A stretch of DNA of 64,000 bases, taken from NCBI GenBank assembly GCA_963828525.1, contig CAWHEP010000005.1:32001-96000 (forward strand), given 5' to 3'. Origin of the DNA: an uncultured Verrucomicrobiae bacterium (GTDB lineage: Bacteria; Verrucomicrobiota; Verrucomicrobiia; Chthoniobacterales; Chthoniobacteraceae). The stretch's first letter is position 1, and every line of letters begins with the position of its first letter. Positions 1-12,357 of the stretch are shown here, in pieces. Both the position numbers and the translations under genes were made by a program. A model generated the notes under the pieces. That model made no database searches. It saw only the letters and a list, made by a program, of their open reading frames with translations, and was not told where the DNA came from.

Positions 1-1948
<1,948 letters not shown>

Positions 1949-1975
1949 AAAGCAGGCAGCAAATAGGAGACTGCC

Positions 1976-2818
1976 ATGCGTGAAAGAAATCGTTCGGGAC
2001 GCGGAGCGCGTCGCCGCTCAGGCGGAGACGGCGAGCCGGATTTGTTTGCGAAGCAGCTTTCCGAAGTCGTGCAGCAGGCGTTTGCCGCGACGGGTGGCGA
2101 GGCCGGGGTGGTCGGGGCAACAGTCCCACCCGAAGCGCCCGTCGAAGATCGAGTCGATCTCCCGCCGGTGGACGCACCGGACGGGCCGGTGGAGGTCGTG
2201 GTGGTGCAGGATGCGGAAGCGGAAGCGATCGGGGAGGAGGACGATGCGCCGAAAGTGGAGCAGCGGGCGGAATCGCTCCCGGCGCGGATGCTGAACGAGT
2301 TCGTCTATTGTCCGCGGCTTTTTTACTACGAGCATGTCGAAGGGGTCTTCGTGGAAAGCGCGGACACGGTGAAGGGGGCGGCGGTGCATGCGCGGGTGGA
2401 CAAGGGCAAGGGAGCGTTGCCGCAAGCGACGAGCGCGTCGGGCGAGGGAGATGAGGCGAAGCCCGTGGCCGACGGAGACGAGATTCATTCGCGCTCGGTG
2501 ATGCTCGGTTCGGAGCGGCTCGGGGTGGTGGCGAAGATGGATCTCGTGGAGGCGACATTGAGCCGGGGTGGGAGTGTCGCGGCGGTGCAGCCGGTGGATT
2601 ACAAAGTGGGTGCGCCGCGCGAAGGTGCGGACGGGCTGGAGCTGTGGGATGCGGACAAGATGCAGCTCGGGCTGCAATGCCTGGTGCTGCGGGACAATGG
2701 TTACACCTGCGATACGGGGATCATTTACTACCGCAAGACGAAGCAACGCGTGCCGCTGGAGTTGACGCCGGAGCTGGAGGCGTGGGTCATTTCCAAAGAA
2801 GTTTTGAGCCATCCCTGA
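1976..2818 (+). pseudogene. cas4: Cas4 (probably the N-terminal part of a Cas4-Cas1 fusion), truncated
   Basis: PARMLNEFVYCPRLFYYEHVEG, AKMDLVE, PVDYKVG, MQLGLQ and GIIYY..KQRV are present. The ORF stops at EAWVISKEVLSHP with no C-terminal CxxCx5C cluster and no Cas1 domain. Confidence 0.85.
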
Positions 2819-2842
2819 GCAAGTCCGCAGTAAGAAGGAGTT

Positions 2843-3412
2843 TCATGGGATGGAAAAATGGCCAAGCTGAAGTCCCGCGCCGTCGATCAGATCGTGGAGG
2901 TTTTTGCTGCGCGTTTCCCTCAACATCGCCATGAGAACTCTTCCCGCCGCCTCGGCATCTTCTCCAGCATTGTGATGGTGAAATTCATGACCGAGGCGCG
3001 CCGCGAGCAGGGCGAGGTTGTGGACGGAGAGGGCCGGCCAGGGTCGGCGACTTGCCCAGCGGGTGCAGAGATAGTCGAACTCTGGATATGGCAGCTCGAA
3101 ATGGCGGAGCACGCCTGCCAGCTTCCTCATGTCGAACGAGGCGTTGTGGGCGACGACCAACTCCGCCCGGCTGAGGTATTCGAGAATCTCCGGCGCGATG
3201 CCAGGAAACTCGGGTTGGTCGCGCACGTCAAACCAAGTGATGCCGTGGCATTCGATAAAGTCCTCACGAAACCACCCATGCCCTTTCGGGGGACGCACCA
3301 GCCAGTGGCGCGTTTCCGTCAGTTCGCCATCATCGAAGACAGCGACACCTGCGGCGCAGATGCTTGCATCCGAGTAGTTGGCCGTCTCAAAGTCAATGCT
3401 GGTAACTATCAT
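2843..3412 (-). CDS. DEDDh 3'-5' exonuclease, DNA Pol III epsilon (DnaQ)-like
   Basis: ExoI IDFETAN, ExoII VAHNASFD, ExoIII HHHNAGEDA. Confidence 0.9.
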   Translation of the reverse strand: MIVTSIDFETANYSDASICAAGVAVFDDGELTETRHWLVRPPKGHGWFREDFIECHGITWFDVRDQPEFPGIAPEILEYLSRAELVVAHNASFDMRKLAGVLRHFELPYPEFDYLCTRWASRRPWPALSVHNLALLAARLGHEFHHHNAGEDAEAAGRVLMAMLRETRSKNLHDLIDGAGLQLGHFSIP

Positions 3413-3618
3413 CGCGTCCGTTCGAAGTGAGCAATCGTGCCTAAACCTATTCGGATGGAGGCTCTGGACCGGGGTGTGAGGTCGCGGTCAACCAAGTCAT
3501 CTGTTTGTAACTTCCAGATCAAAATCATAGTTAGGGTCACTGAAGCGAATTTCGACCCGGCAATTTTCTTTGTATCTGAATTTACGGCCGAGTTGATCTA
3601 ACTTTTGCTTCAGTCTGC

Positions 3619-3753
3619 CTATTTCGCGTCTTTTTTTGGATCTTTTTTCGCGTCTTTTTCCGCCTCCAATTGCTCAATGCGAGAATGAAGCTTCAGCCCA
3701 GTAGTCTTATTGTTGTCTTCAACGACCACTGAGGGGAACTCCTTGAGAATTGC
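3619..3753 (-). pseudogene. C-terminal fragment of an unknown gene
   Basis: Open frame AILKEFPSVVVEDNNKTTGLKLHSRIEQLEAEKDAKKDPKKDAK* with a protein-like charged tail. It is closed upstream by an in-frame TGA at 3754-3756. Confidence 0.4.
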
Positions 3754-3878
3754 TCACGCCGATCTCGCTCGCTGACTCGAGCGGCTTTCGCAGTTCCGAA
3801 CTCCGCGAACTGCACAATTTGATTGAGCGTCACCGCGAATCGTTTATCGTCGCTTGGGATGAGTACTTTAGCGACTAA
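3753..3878 (+). pseudogene. DUF4160-family protein, 3' remnant
   Basis: LTPISLADSSGFRSSELRELHNLIERHRESFIVAWDEYFSD* resembles the DUF4160 C-terminal half. The N-terminal half is absent. It overlaps the DUF2442 start, as is usual for this pair. Confidence 0.7.
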
Positions 3879-4098
3879 ACCTGTTGCAGATGCCGTCGAC
3901 GTTTCGTTCACGGACGACGAACTCATCGTCACGCTCGCCGACGCTCGTCGCGTTCAGCTCCGCTAGAATGGTTTCCTCGATTGTTGCGCGCAACGCCCGC
4001 GCAACGCGCTAATTGGCGGTTCATCGGCCGGTGGAGTTGGAGTCCACTGGGAGGACGTTGATGAAGACATCTCCGTGCGGAGTCTTTTGGCAATCTGA
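3859..4098 (+). CDS. DUF2442-family protein (frameshifted)
   Basis: MSTLATKPVADAVDVSFTDDELIVTLADARRV/PLEWFPRLLRATPAQRANWRFIG/GVGVHWEDVDEDISVRSLL is a typical DUF2442 pattern. Not in the ORF track. Confidence 0.8.
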
Positions 4099-4366
4099 TA
4101 TCTTGGTGGCGGTCAGGGTCTGCGCGGTGCTCTATGCTGCTTTGCCCTCCGTGTAGTTGCTGTGGAGCGCAGGCAAGGTCGGTCTTGCGTGCCCCTCGTG
4201 TTACAAACGCGCTCCAGCGACAGACGCAGGCGGTGTAAGTGAGCCAGCGGCCTCATTACCCTTGATCTCGCGGACACCTCGACGCGTTACGCGCCAGGCA
4301 GCCGGCTGGCCTGGCTTACCCGAGCGAACTCACATCACGGAGTTCTTTGTTCTTTGGACCCATCAC

Positions 4367-4411
4367 GCTTAACCTGGCCGCCCTCCGGCGCTGAGCGTGG
4401 CTTCGTTAGGC
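4367..4411 (+). other. attC-like site (degenerate)
   Basis: GCTTAAC (RYYYAAC) at 4367 and GTTAGGC (GTTRRRY) at 4405, followed by a short ORF. At 45 bp it is shorter than canonical attC sites. Confidence 0.25.
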
Positions 4412-4807
4412 AACAGTGCGCATACACTCCACTATGACTAAAATTTTCTTCAGATTACTCGGAACAGTGACTCGTCCTTGGCGGAATACCACTTCGACTC
4501 CACCCCAGAGTCGTTCTGCCTGCTGGAAGCATGGTATACAGTGGAAACTTCGCGTCCTCCGAATACGGTCAGTTATTTTACGGCTTTGCCGATCTGATGA
4601 CAATTGCAGTCGCATCTGGCGTGCTGCTGCTAGTTCTGTCTTTCACCACACTCACGGACCCATCTAAGAAATAGCTCATCATAGTTCCGCGAGAGGCTTT
4701 CTATACCTCGCAGAGATAGATTACGCGAGCCTCCATCCCTAACAGCAACGCGAATCGGCCCTGATTCCTTCTCAGTGAGCGTGCTCCCTGCAGCTCACGG
4801 ACCGAAC

Positions 4808-5185
4808 TCACGTCATCGAGTGCAGCCCGATCATGTTTCCTTCAGTATCCAGCACCAGGGAGATAAATCCATAGTCGCCTATCGACATCTTCTCTCTCTG
4901 GATCTGCCCCCCGTTTTCCGCGGCTCGCGCGGCTTCCACCGCGCAATCAGCGCAGGTAAAATAGATGAGCGTTCCTCCCGCTCCCGAATCCTTTCCCTCC
5001 ATTTTGACCAGAGCGCCGGGACATCCGCCTGCTTCCATCAGCATGGGGAATGCCCATATCTCAAGCCCGGGCATGATCAGCGGCTGTAATGTGGTCTGAA
5101 ACGTTGATTGATAGAAGGCTTTGGCTCGCTCCATGTCCTGAACATAGATTTCAAACCAGCCTACAGGGTTGCGTTGGGTATCCAT
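4808..5185 (-). CDS. VOC family (glyoxalase/bleomycin-resistance) protein
   Basis: NPVGWFEIYVQDMERAKAFY...GTLIYF...DTEGNMIGLHS. Confidence 0.9.
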   Translation of the reverse strand: MDTQRNPVGWFEIYVQDMERAKAFYQSTFQTTLQPLIMPGLEIWAFPMLMEAGGCPGALVKMEGKDSGAGGTLIYFTCADCAVEAARAAENGGQIQREKMSIGDYGFISLVLDTEGNMIGLHSMT

Positions 5186-5416
5186 TTGAGTTGGTATTAT
5201 GCTTTAGTCGTTAAAGGGCGCTCCGATGTTTATTAATGATGGAAGGCGAGATGCCGCTCCCACTACAGCGGGTATCCACCCGCTCCTCGCGGACTCTATC
5301 CCTGCCGTTTCCTGCGGCAATCCTTTTCGTGCCGCTCGCGGAAAGCAATTCTCTTGAGCGCACCACCCATTGCCGAATAGGCTGTGCTCGCTCCGTCCTA
5401 CGGATGTGAATTCAAC

Positions 5417-6073
5417 ATGAAAACCCGCGCCAAGCTTTGTTTACTCAGCATGCTGCTCGCTTTGGCTGGCTGCGTGCCGTCGCTCCACCCTCTTTACACG
5501 GACGCCGATGTGGTGTTCGATCCTGCCCTGATCGGCGTATGGGGTGAAAAGAGCGACGCGAAAGAAACGTGGGCGTTCACAAAAGACACCGGGAAAGCCT
5601 ACCATCTTGTAGATACTGATAAGGATGGGAAGACCGGCAACTTTGTTGTGCATCTTGTGGACTTGGGAGGAACACGGTTCCTCGACCTTTATCCGGCAGA
5701 TCCGAAGATGGCGGAGAACGACTTCTACAAGATGCACCTTGTCCCCGCTCACTCCTTTGCGCTCGTCTCCGAGATCGGCCCTGCACTTGGATTGGCATTC
5801 CTCAACCCGGACTGGCTAAAAAAGACCTTGGAAAGCAGCCCCGACGCAATCAAGCACGAGGTTGTTGAGGACACGATACTGCTGACTGCTCAACCCAAGG
5901 AATTGCAGCGGTTCCTCCTTGCGAATCTCAAAACGAAGAATGCCTTTGGAGAAACCAGAGACTGGTACGCATCGGCGCCCAGTGAGATGGGTGAGCGGCA
6001 GACCCGCCTTCTGCTCTCCGCCTCAGTCGTGATTGCCCGGGAATCCGTGGTCATTTTAGCGCGATTCCTTTAA
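5417..6073 (+). CDS. Hypothetical lipoprotein (3' end possibly extended by a frameshift)
   Basis: Lipobox LALAGC followed by VPSLHPLYT. Confidence 0.65.
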   Translation: MKTRAKLCLLSMLLALAGCVPSLHPLYTDADVVFDPALIGVWGEKSDAKETWAFTKDTGKAYHLVDTDKDGKTGNFVVHLVDLGGTRFLDLYPADPKMAENDFYKMHLVPAHSFALVSEIGPALGLAFLNPDWLKKTLESSPDAIKHEVVEDTILLTAQPKELQRFLLANLKTKNAFGETRDWYASAPSEMGERQTRLLLSASVVIARESVVILARFL

Positions 6074-6082
6074 GCTGGCGGC

Positions 6083-8306
6083 GTGTTTCGCTGGTCTTTC
6101 GCTGCTTCGCCGCCCGTTTTGTGTTTCGGAGTGGCGGTCTGGCTGGCTTCGCTCGTTCTCTCGTATGCGCAATGGCGGCGGCGCGGGGGCGGCACGGTTG
6201 TTCTTGCGCTGGAAAGCCTCCGCATCCTGATTGTCACTCTTCTTTGTCTCGCCTTGCTCAAGCCGGAAGCAGTCCGCGACATTCAGCGCAACGGCCAGCC
6301 CCGGGTTGTCATCCTGTCGGATGCTTCAGGCAGCATGAAGACGCGGGATGTTGCGCTGGACGACAAGAGCGTCACGACGCGCGCGGATTGGCTGGCCAGC
6401 GCGCAGTCCACCGGTTTTTGGAAGCCACTTGCAGCCAGGGCTTCCGTTGCGGTCGAGAGCTTCGCCCAGCCCCCGGTGAGATCCCTGGTGGATCCACCGC
6501 CCACCGCCCCGCCGCGCGGCGTGTTGAAGAAGGCACCGACATCGACGCCGCACTGGAGCAAATCCTCCATCGAGAGGAAAATCTCAGAGCCGTCCTCCTC
6601 CTTTCCGATGGCGATTGGAATACTGGGGATTCGCCGCTCACCGCCGCCGGTAAAGTTTCGGGCGAAGAACATTCCCCTCTATACCGTCGGCGTCGGCAGC
6701 GAAGCTTACCTGCCCGACCTTGTGCTCGAACATGCTCGCCACGCCTGCTTACGGTTTGCTCGGCGAGGAAATCTCGATCCCATTCAAGATTCGCAGTCAT
6801 CTCTCTCGCGAGGTCAGGACGACACTTACGCTTTATTCCTCTTCCACGGCTGTCGCTGAGAGGGAGATCACCATCCCCGCTTACGGCGAGATACAGGATT
6901 CCATCGTCTGGTCTCCCATGGAAGCCGGGACGTTTACGCTGTCTCTCAAGCTGCCGGTCGAACCGGACGAAGCTCTTGCGGATAACAACGAGCAGACATT
7001 CCGTATTTCCGTGCGCGCCGGAGACGCTGAAGGTCCTGGTGGTGGATTCGCTCCCGCGCTGGGAATACCGCTACCTTCGGAACGCGCTCGCCCGCGATCC
7101 CGGAGTGGAGGTGCAATGCCTTCTTTTCCACCCCGGAATGCAGGCCGGCAGCGGACGCGACTATATTCCGGCATTTCCCGCGACCAGGGAGGAGATGTCC
7201 AGGTTCGACGTCATCTTCCTGGGCGATGTCGGTCTGGGCGAGGGTGAACTTAAAGAACAGGATCTGATTCTCGTGAAAGGGGTAGTGGAGCAGCAGGGCA
7301 GCGGCGTGGTGTTCCTCCCTGGCATTCGCGGTCGCGAGTTGACTCTCACCCGAAGCCCGATTGGCGATCTTCTGCCGGTAGAGTTTGATGAGTCGAAGGC
7401 GCATGGCGACGGAGGTTCCTTTGAGTCGCACCTCGCTCTCACTTCCGCGGGCACGGGGCATTTGCTGACAATGCTCGCGCCTGATCCTGCCACAAATGCC
7501 GCGATCTGGAAAAATCTGCCGGGATTCTACTGGTCTGCCTCCGTAAAGCGAAGCCGTCCAGGCTCGGAGGTGCTCGCGGTTCACTCTTCCTTGCGCGGTG
7601 AATCGGGACGTGTGCCGGTTCTCGTTACCGGGTCCCGCGGCAGCGGTAAAGTCCTTTTTATGGGCACGGATGGCGCATGGCGCTGGCGGCGGGGAGTTGA
7701 GGATAAGTATCACTACCGATTCTGGGGCCAGGTGGCGCGCTGGATGGCGCACCAACGGCATCTTGCCAAAGGCGAGCGCATTCGCCTGGCGTTCAGCCCG
7801 GAGGAACCCACGGATGGCGACACCGTTTTTCTCATGGCGACGGTTTTTGATCCGAGCGGATTCCCCATTGAAAAAGGAAACGTCGTCGCGCGCGTCAGGG
7901 CTCCGTCGGGGGCTGTCGAGAGGGTGGAACTCGCCTCCATGCCCGGCGGATGGGGAGTGTTCAAGGGGAGCTTCCAGCCCCGCGAAGGCGGCAAATACAA
8001 GATCTCGTTGGTGAACGAAGGGGGAGGCCAGCAACTTGAGACCGAGATTCTCGTCACGCACCCCGTCCGTGAGAAAGTCGGGGAACCGGCCAATCTGGCG
8101 TCCTGCGCGAACTGGCGGCGGTCACAAAGGGAGTTTCGGCGCGCCTCGCGATCTGGCGGCGATTGTCCATCGCAATTTCAGTGCTTCCTGAACCCGAGCC
8201 GATCGAGAAGCGGGTGCGCCTCTGGAGCGAATGGTGGAGCGGCGCGATCATCGTTTTCCTGCTCGCGTGCTATTGGACGGCACGCAAGCTCATGGGTATG
8301 GTCTGA
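6083..8306 (+). CDS. Membrane VWA-domain protein with GATase1-like domain (multiple frameshifts)
   Basis: N-terminal TM helices, MIDAS DASGSM, EGTDID, LLSDGDWN, LKVLVVDSLPRWEYRYLRNAL, GKVLFMGTDGAWRWR, YRFWGQ, and a C-terminal W..RKLMGMV*. Reconstructed from several frames. Confidence 0.75.
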
Positions 8307-8311
8307 CTCCG

Positions 8312-11300
8312 ATGAGAAGCAGCCCGCCTACTGCGCTTCCCGAGAGCCTCCGCCTCCAGTTTCAGGCGCTGGAGCGGCGTCTTTGGCTGATCGATCTTGC
8401 CATCACGATTTCCGGAGCCGCGGCGGCTGTTGCTATTTTCCTGGGGACTCCTGTTCGTCTCGGACAGACTGTGGGATACCCCTTTTTGGCTGCGCGCCTG
8501 CTTTACCTCGCTCGGACTCGCCATGCTGGTTTGCTTCGCCTGCTTTTACGGCCGGCGATGGCTCTGGGGTTCTCATCATTTCGAAGCGCTCGCAACCCTC
8601 GTTCAAAAACGCTATCGCAGGCTTGGCGACCGGCTTCTCGGGATCGTCGAACTCGCCGATGAAACCAAGCGATCCGGCTCGGTATCCGCCTCCTTGTGCA
8701 CCGCGGCTATCGCGCAGGTGGCGGCGGAGTCTTCACGCATCGATTTTCGCGAAGCCGCCTCACCAAAAATGTCGCGCCGCTACGGGTGGCTCCTCGCTGC
8801 GCTTCTCCTTCTCGCCGCTCTCCCCTGCGTTATTGCCCCCAGGCGGCGTTGAACGCCGTCCAACGTTGGCTGTTCCCTTCCTCCAAAGTCGCGCGTTTCA
8901 CCTTTGTCAGTCTCGCCGAACTTCCGGAAGGCAGGTCGTGGCCAGGGGTGAGCCGTTCGAAATCGCCTGTTCGGTGGCGGACAACTCATTCTGGCATCCT
9001 CCTTCTGCGACGTGCCAGTATCGCGATCAGCCCGCCATCCATGTGCCTGATCACTGGTGGCAGACTGCTCGTGCGCATGCCAGGCCAGACCCAGTCGGGC
9101 TTTCTCTTCTCAGGCGGGCGATGTGAAACGGCGCGTCTTTATCGACCCCGTTTATCGCCCGGAACTAAAACAACTCACCGCTCATATTAATTCCCCGCAT
9201 ACCTGCAATACCCGCCTTCCACCCTCCAAATCGAGGGTGCCTCCTTCACCGCTCTCGACGGCAGCCGGGTTTCTTTTGAAGGCACCGCGAACCGCTCTCT
9301 TGCTCACAGCCAGCGCCAGCTTTTGAAGGACGCGCTCAAAGTCCGCATCTTCCGGGGCAGCCCATGAAGCTGGATGTGCGTGGGACGGTCTTTCATACAC
9401 CGTCCTTTGCCATCGAAGGCTTCTCGCACGCCCTCTTCCAATGGAAGGATGTCTGGAATCTGGAATCCTCGACGCCAGCCAGCCTCGCTCTCATGACAAA
9501 GGAGGACGCGCCTCCACAAGTCGACATGCGAAGGCATTTCCGAGGCAATCGCCATCCTCGAGCAGGAAGTGGTGCACGTGACCGTCTCCGCCCGAGACGA
9601 CTACGGATTGCGCGAGATCGGCGTGAAGTGGGACATCGCGGAACACGCTGCCGACAAAAAGCCCGGAAGCAAGAGTCGCGCCTCCTTCAGCACGGGACGC
9701 CTCGATCCCTCACTTTGAAGAGCGAGTTTGCTTTCAGCCCCGTGCTTCTTCACATCCCGGAAGATTCTGACGTGACATTTTCCGCGACCGCGCTCGATTA
9801 CTTCCCTTCCCGCACCCCCTCCGAATCCTCCCTTTTCCATATCTATGTCCTGAGCAAGGAACGACACGCCAAGCTCGTCCAGGAGCAATTTGAAAAGACG
9901 GCCGGCGAACTCGAGGAACTCACACGCAAACAGGAGTCATTGCTGGAGGCGGGCGTGAAGTGAAGGCCCAGCCGCCTGAAAAGCTTGCAAACGATAGACT
10001 CTGCCCAGAGCTCTCAGGAACAGGCGGAGATCAGGGGAGAACGCGCGGCAAATGGATAAGTTGGCGCGAGACGCCGCCGCGATGCTTCGGGAGGCATTGC
10101 GAAATCCGGCCATTCCAGAGAAACTCCTCGCCGAGTGGGGCAAACACGCCGAAGCGATGCGCGACATCGCTGATCCAGCGATGCCCGCGAAGCCTCCCAC
10201 AACCTGGCTTCTCCAGCCAAACCGCCAAGGGACGTCCTGACGATCTTGCGCGAGCCCTCAAACAGGAAGAGCAGATTGTCCAGTCGCTGAGGGAACTGCA
10301 GGCGCCGCCGGGAAGACATCTGGATAGCCTTGCAGCGGCAAATATCGCTTTGCGCCTGAGGAAAGTCGCGGCCAGCGAAACCAGCATTTCCAAGAAGCTT
10401 AGGGATGTTCTTCCTGAAACCGTCGGCCTCAAGCCCTCGGAACTAGCCCCGAATCAGCGCGAGTCCATCGATGGCTTGCAAACGAGGCAGGATGCCAGCC
10501 GCATGGAGGCCGGCAAAACTCCAGGACGAAATCTCCCGGTATTCCGAACGGACACGGCTTAACCGATACGGCGATGTCTCCCACGAAATGGAAAACAGCA
10601 AAGTGGATGAGAGTCTCGGACGTTCTTTCGGGACTTCATCGCCCAAAACACCTCTGTTGCCGCGATACAGTCCGCCGCGGAATGGGCCGGCCCGTTTCGA
10701 AGGCTGGGCGGATCGACTTGAGCGCCAGGACGACGCAAAATCAGCCCGCGCCGCGAGACTCCGTCCGAACAGCAAATGGAAGCCTGCTGGCACTCATGCG
10801 CCTCCGGCAGCAGGAAAGCAGCCTCCGCGATCAGACTGTGGCACTGGACCGCCTGGACGCTGCACCTTCTGAGGTTGCGACTCCGCGCCGCGCTCTGCCA
10901 CCACCCAATTCGGACTCATGGAGGCCGTGCGAAAATGGAGACGAAGCCGGGAGTTTCCCGTGAGTCCCCGCACAGTTGGAACCTGTGCGGCCGCGATGAG
11001 CCGAAGCGGAGCAGTTGCTGGCGCGTTCGATCTCAGGAGATGGCACCGTCGCCGCGGAGACCGATGCAATCAATCTGCTCGATGGCCTTATGGATGGCGG
11101 AGAGGGTTCCGGTCCTGGTAAAGGCGCTGGCCTCGCCGCCCTGCGCCAAATGATGGGCTCGGGCGCGAGCGCGAGTGGCGGGGGCAGCACGGCGGGCGGG
11201 GCCACGGAGCGCCCAATCCGGCATATACCCGGGATGGAACAGGCGCTGCCGCAGACCTCCGCCCGGTGACCGCGGCCACAGGCGGGGACAGGCAGAACAT

Positions 11301-11361
11301 CCCGCTCGAATTCCGGGAAGCGCTTGAGGGTTACTACGGAGCGTTGGACCATGCCAAATAG
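8312..11361 (+). CDS. Large membrane-anchored coiled-coil protein (DUF4175-like; multiple frameshifts)
   Basis: Starts MRSSPPTALPESLRLQFQALERRLW, then TM segments, LGDRLLGIVELA, an ARDDYGL motif, a long helical region and a Gly-rich tail ending IPLEFREALEGYYGAL. Confidence 0.6.
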
Positions 11362-12357
11362 CCAGCTCCTCCTTCTCCTCGTGTGTGGCTTTGCTGTTTT
11401 CCCCGCCTTTGCGCAGGATTCCGTCATCACGACTCGGTCGCCATCGAGGACGAAGCCATCCCGCCCGCGCTGGATCGCCTCTACACCAAGGGCATCCGAT
11501 TTCTTGCCAAAACGCAGTCCGAGGATGGCTCGTGGCAGGGCCAGTATGGAGGAGAACCGGCTGTGGTCGGCCTCTCGGTTCTCAGCATACTCGCTCACGG
11601 AGAAGACCCTAATTTCGGGCCTTATAACAAAACCGTCCATCGGGGCATCAACTTTATACTAGGGGCGGCAAACGCCGATACCGGCTACATTGGCACTTCC
11701 ATGTATAACCATGGATTTGCCACGCTGGCGCTTGCCGAAGCCTACGGGGTCGTCAATGACCCGCGCATCGGCCCCGCCTTGCAGAAGGCCGTGAACCTCA
11801 TCCTGACATCCCAGGCCGGCAACCCTCAAAATGCCTGGCGCTACTCTCCAGAAAGCGCCGATGCGGACACGACTGTCAGCGGAGCGCAGATGGTGGCGCT
11901 TTTCGCCGCCCGCAACGCCGGCATTGGCGTGCCCGAGCCCGCGATCCAGAAAGCCTTGAAATTTATTGTCGATTGCCAAAGCCCCGATGGCGGCATCGGC
12001 TATTCCGGCGCGGGAGGACCGGACGGCGCGCGCACCGCGATCGGCACCCTGGTTCTCGCATTGGGGAAGAAGCAGAAATCCGCGCCATTCTTAAAGGCCT
12101 TCAAGTTTTTGAAGGGCAACGTGTCTGGAGATAATGACAGCTACTACCACTATTATCTCTACTATGCCGCGCAGGCATTCTTCCGCGCCTCGCCCAGAGC
12201 GTGGACTCAGTGGAATCGGGCAAACATCAAAAATCTCTCCGAGACTCAGGAAGAGGCTGGAAATTGGGAGGGCAATTTCGGACCGTCATTCACAACCGCG
12301 GCCTCTTTGCTTTCCCTCGCCTTGAATTACCGTTTCCTGCCAATCTATGAACGCTAG
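11351..12357 (+). CDS. Secreted prenyltransferase/squalene-oxidase repeat (terpene cyclase-like fold) protein
   Basis: Signal peptide, frameshift near 11420, and QW-type repeats QSEDGSW, QSPDGGIGY, QEEAGNW, plus MYNHGFATLALAE. Confidence 0.8.

Noticed and set aside
3621..3660. Short direct repeat TTTCGCGTCTTTTT with T-runs, resembling a terminator or mini-array
   Set aside because: Explained by the coding repeat KDAK-KDPK-KDAK on the minus strand.
2819..5400. CRISPR array expected downstream of the cas genes
   Set aside because: No regularly spaced 30-37 bp direct repeats were seen here or elsewhere in the window.
6121..9126. 1001-aa ORF taken as a single protein
   Set aside because: Only the central part (about 7020-8100) and a short earlier stretch are the real frame. 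The rest is off-frame read-through across two genes.
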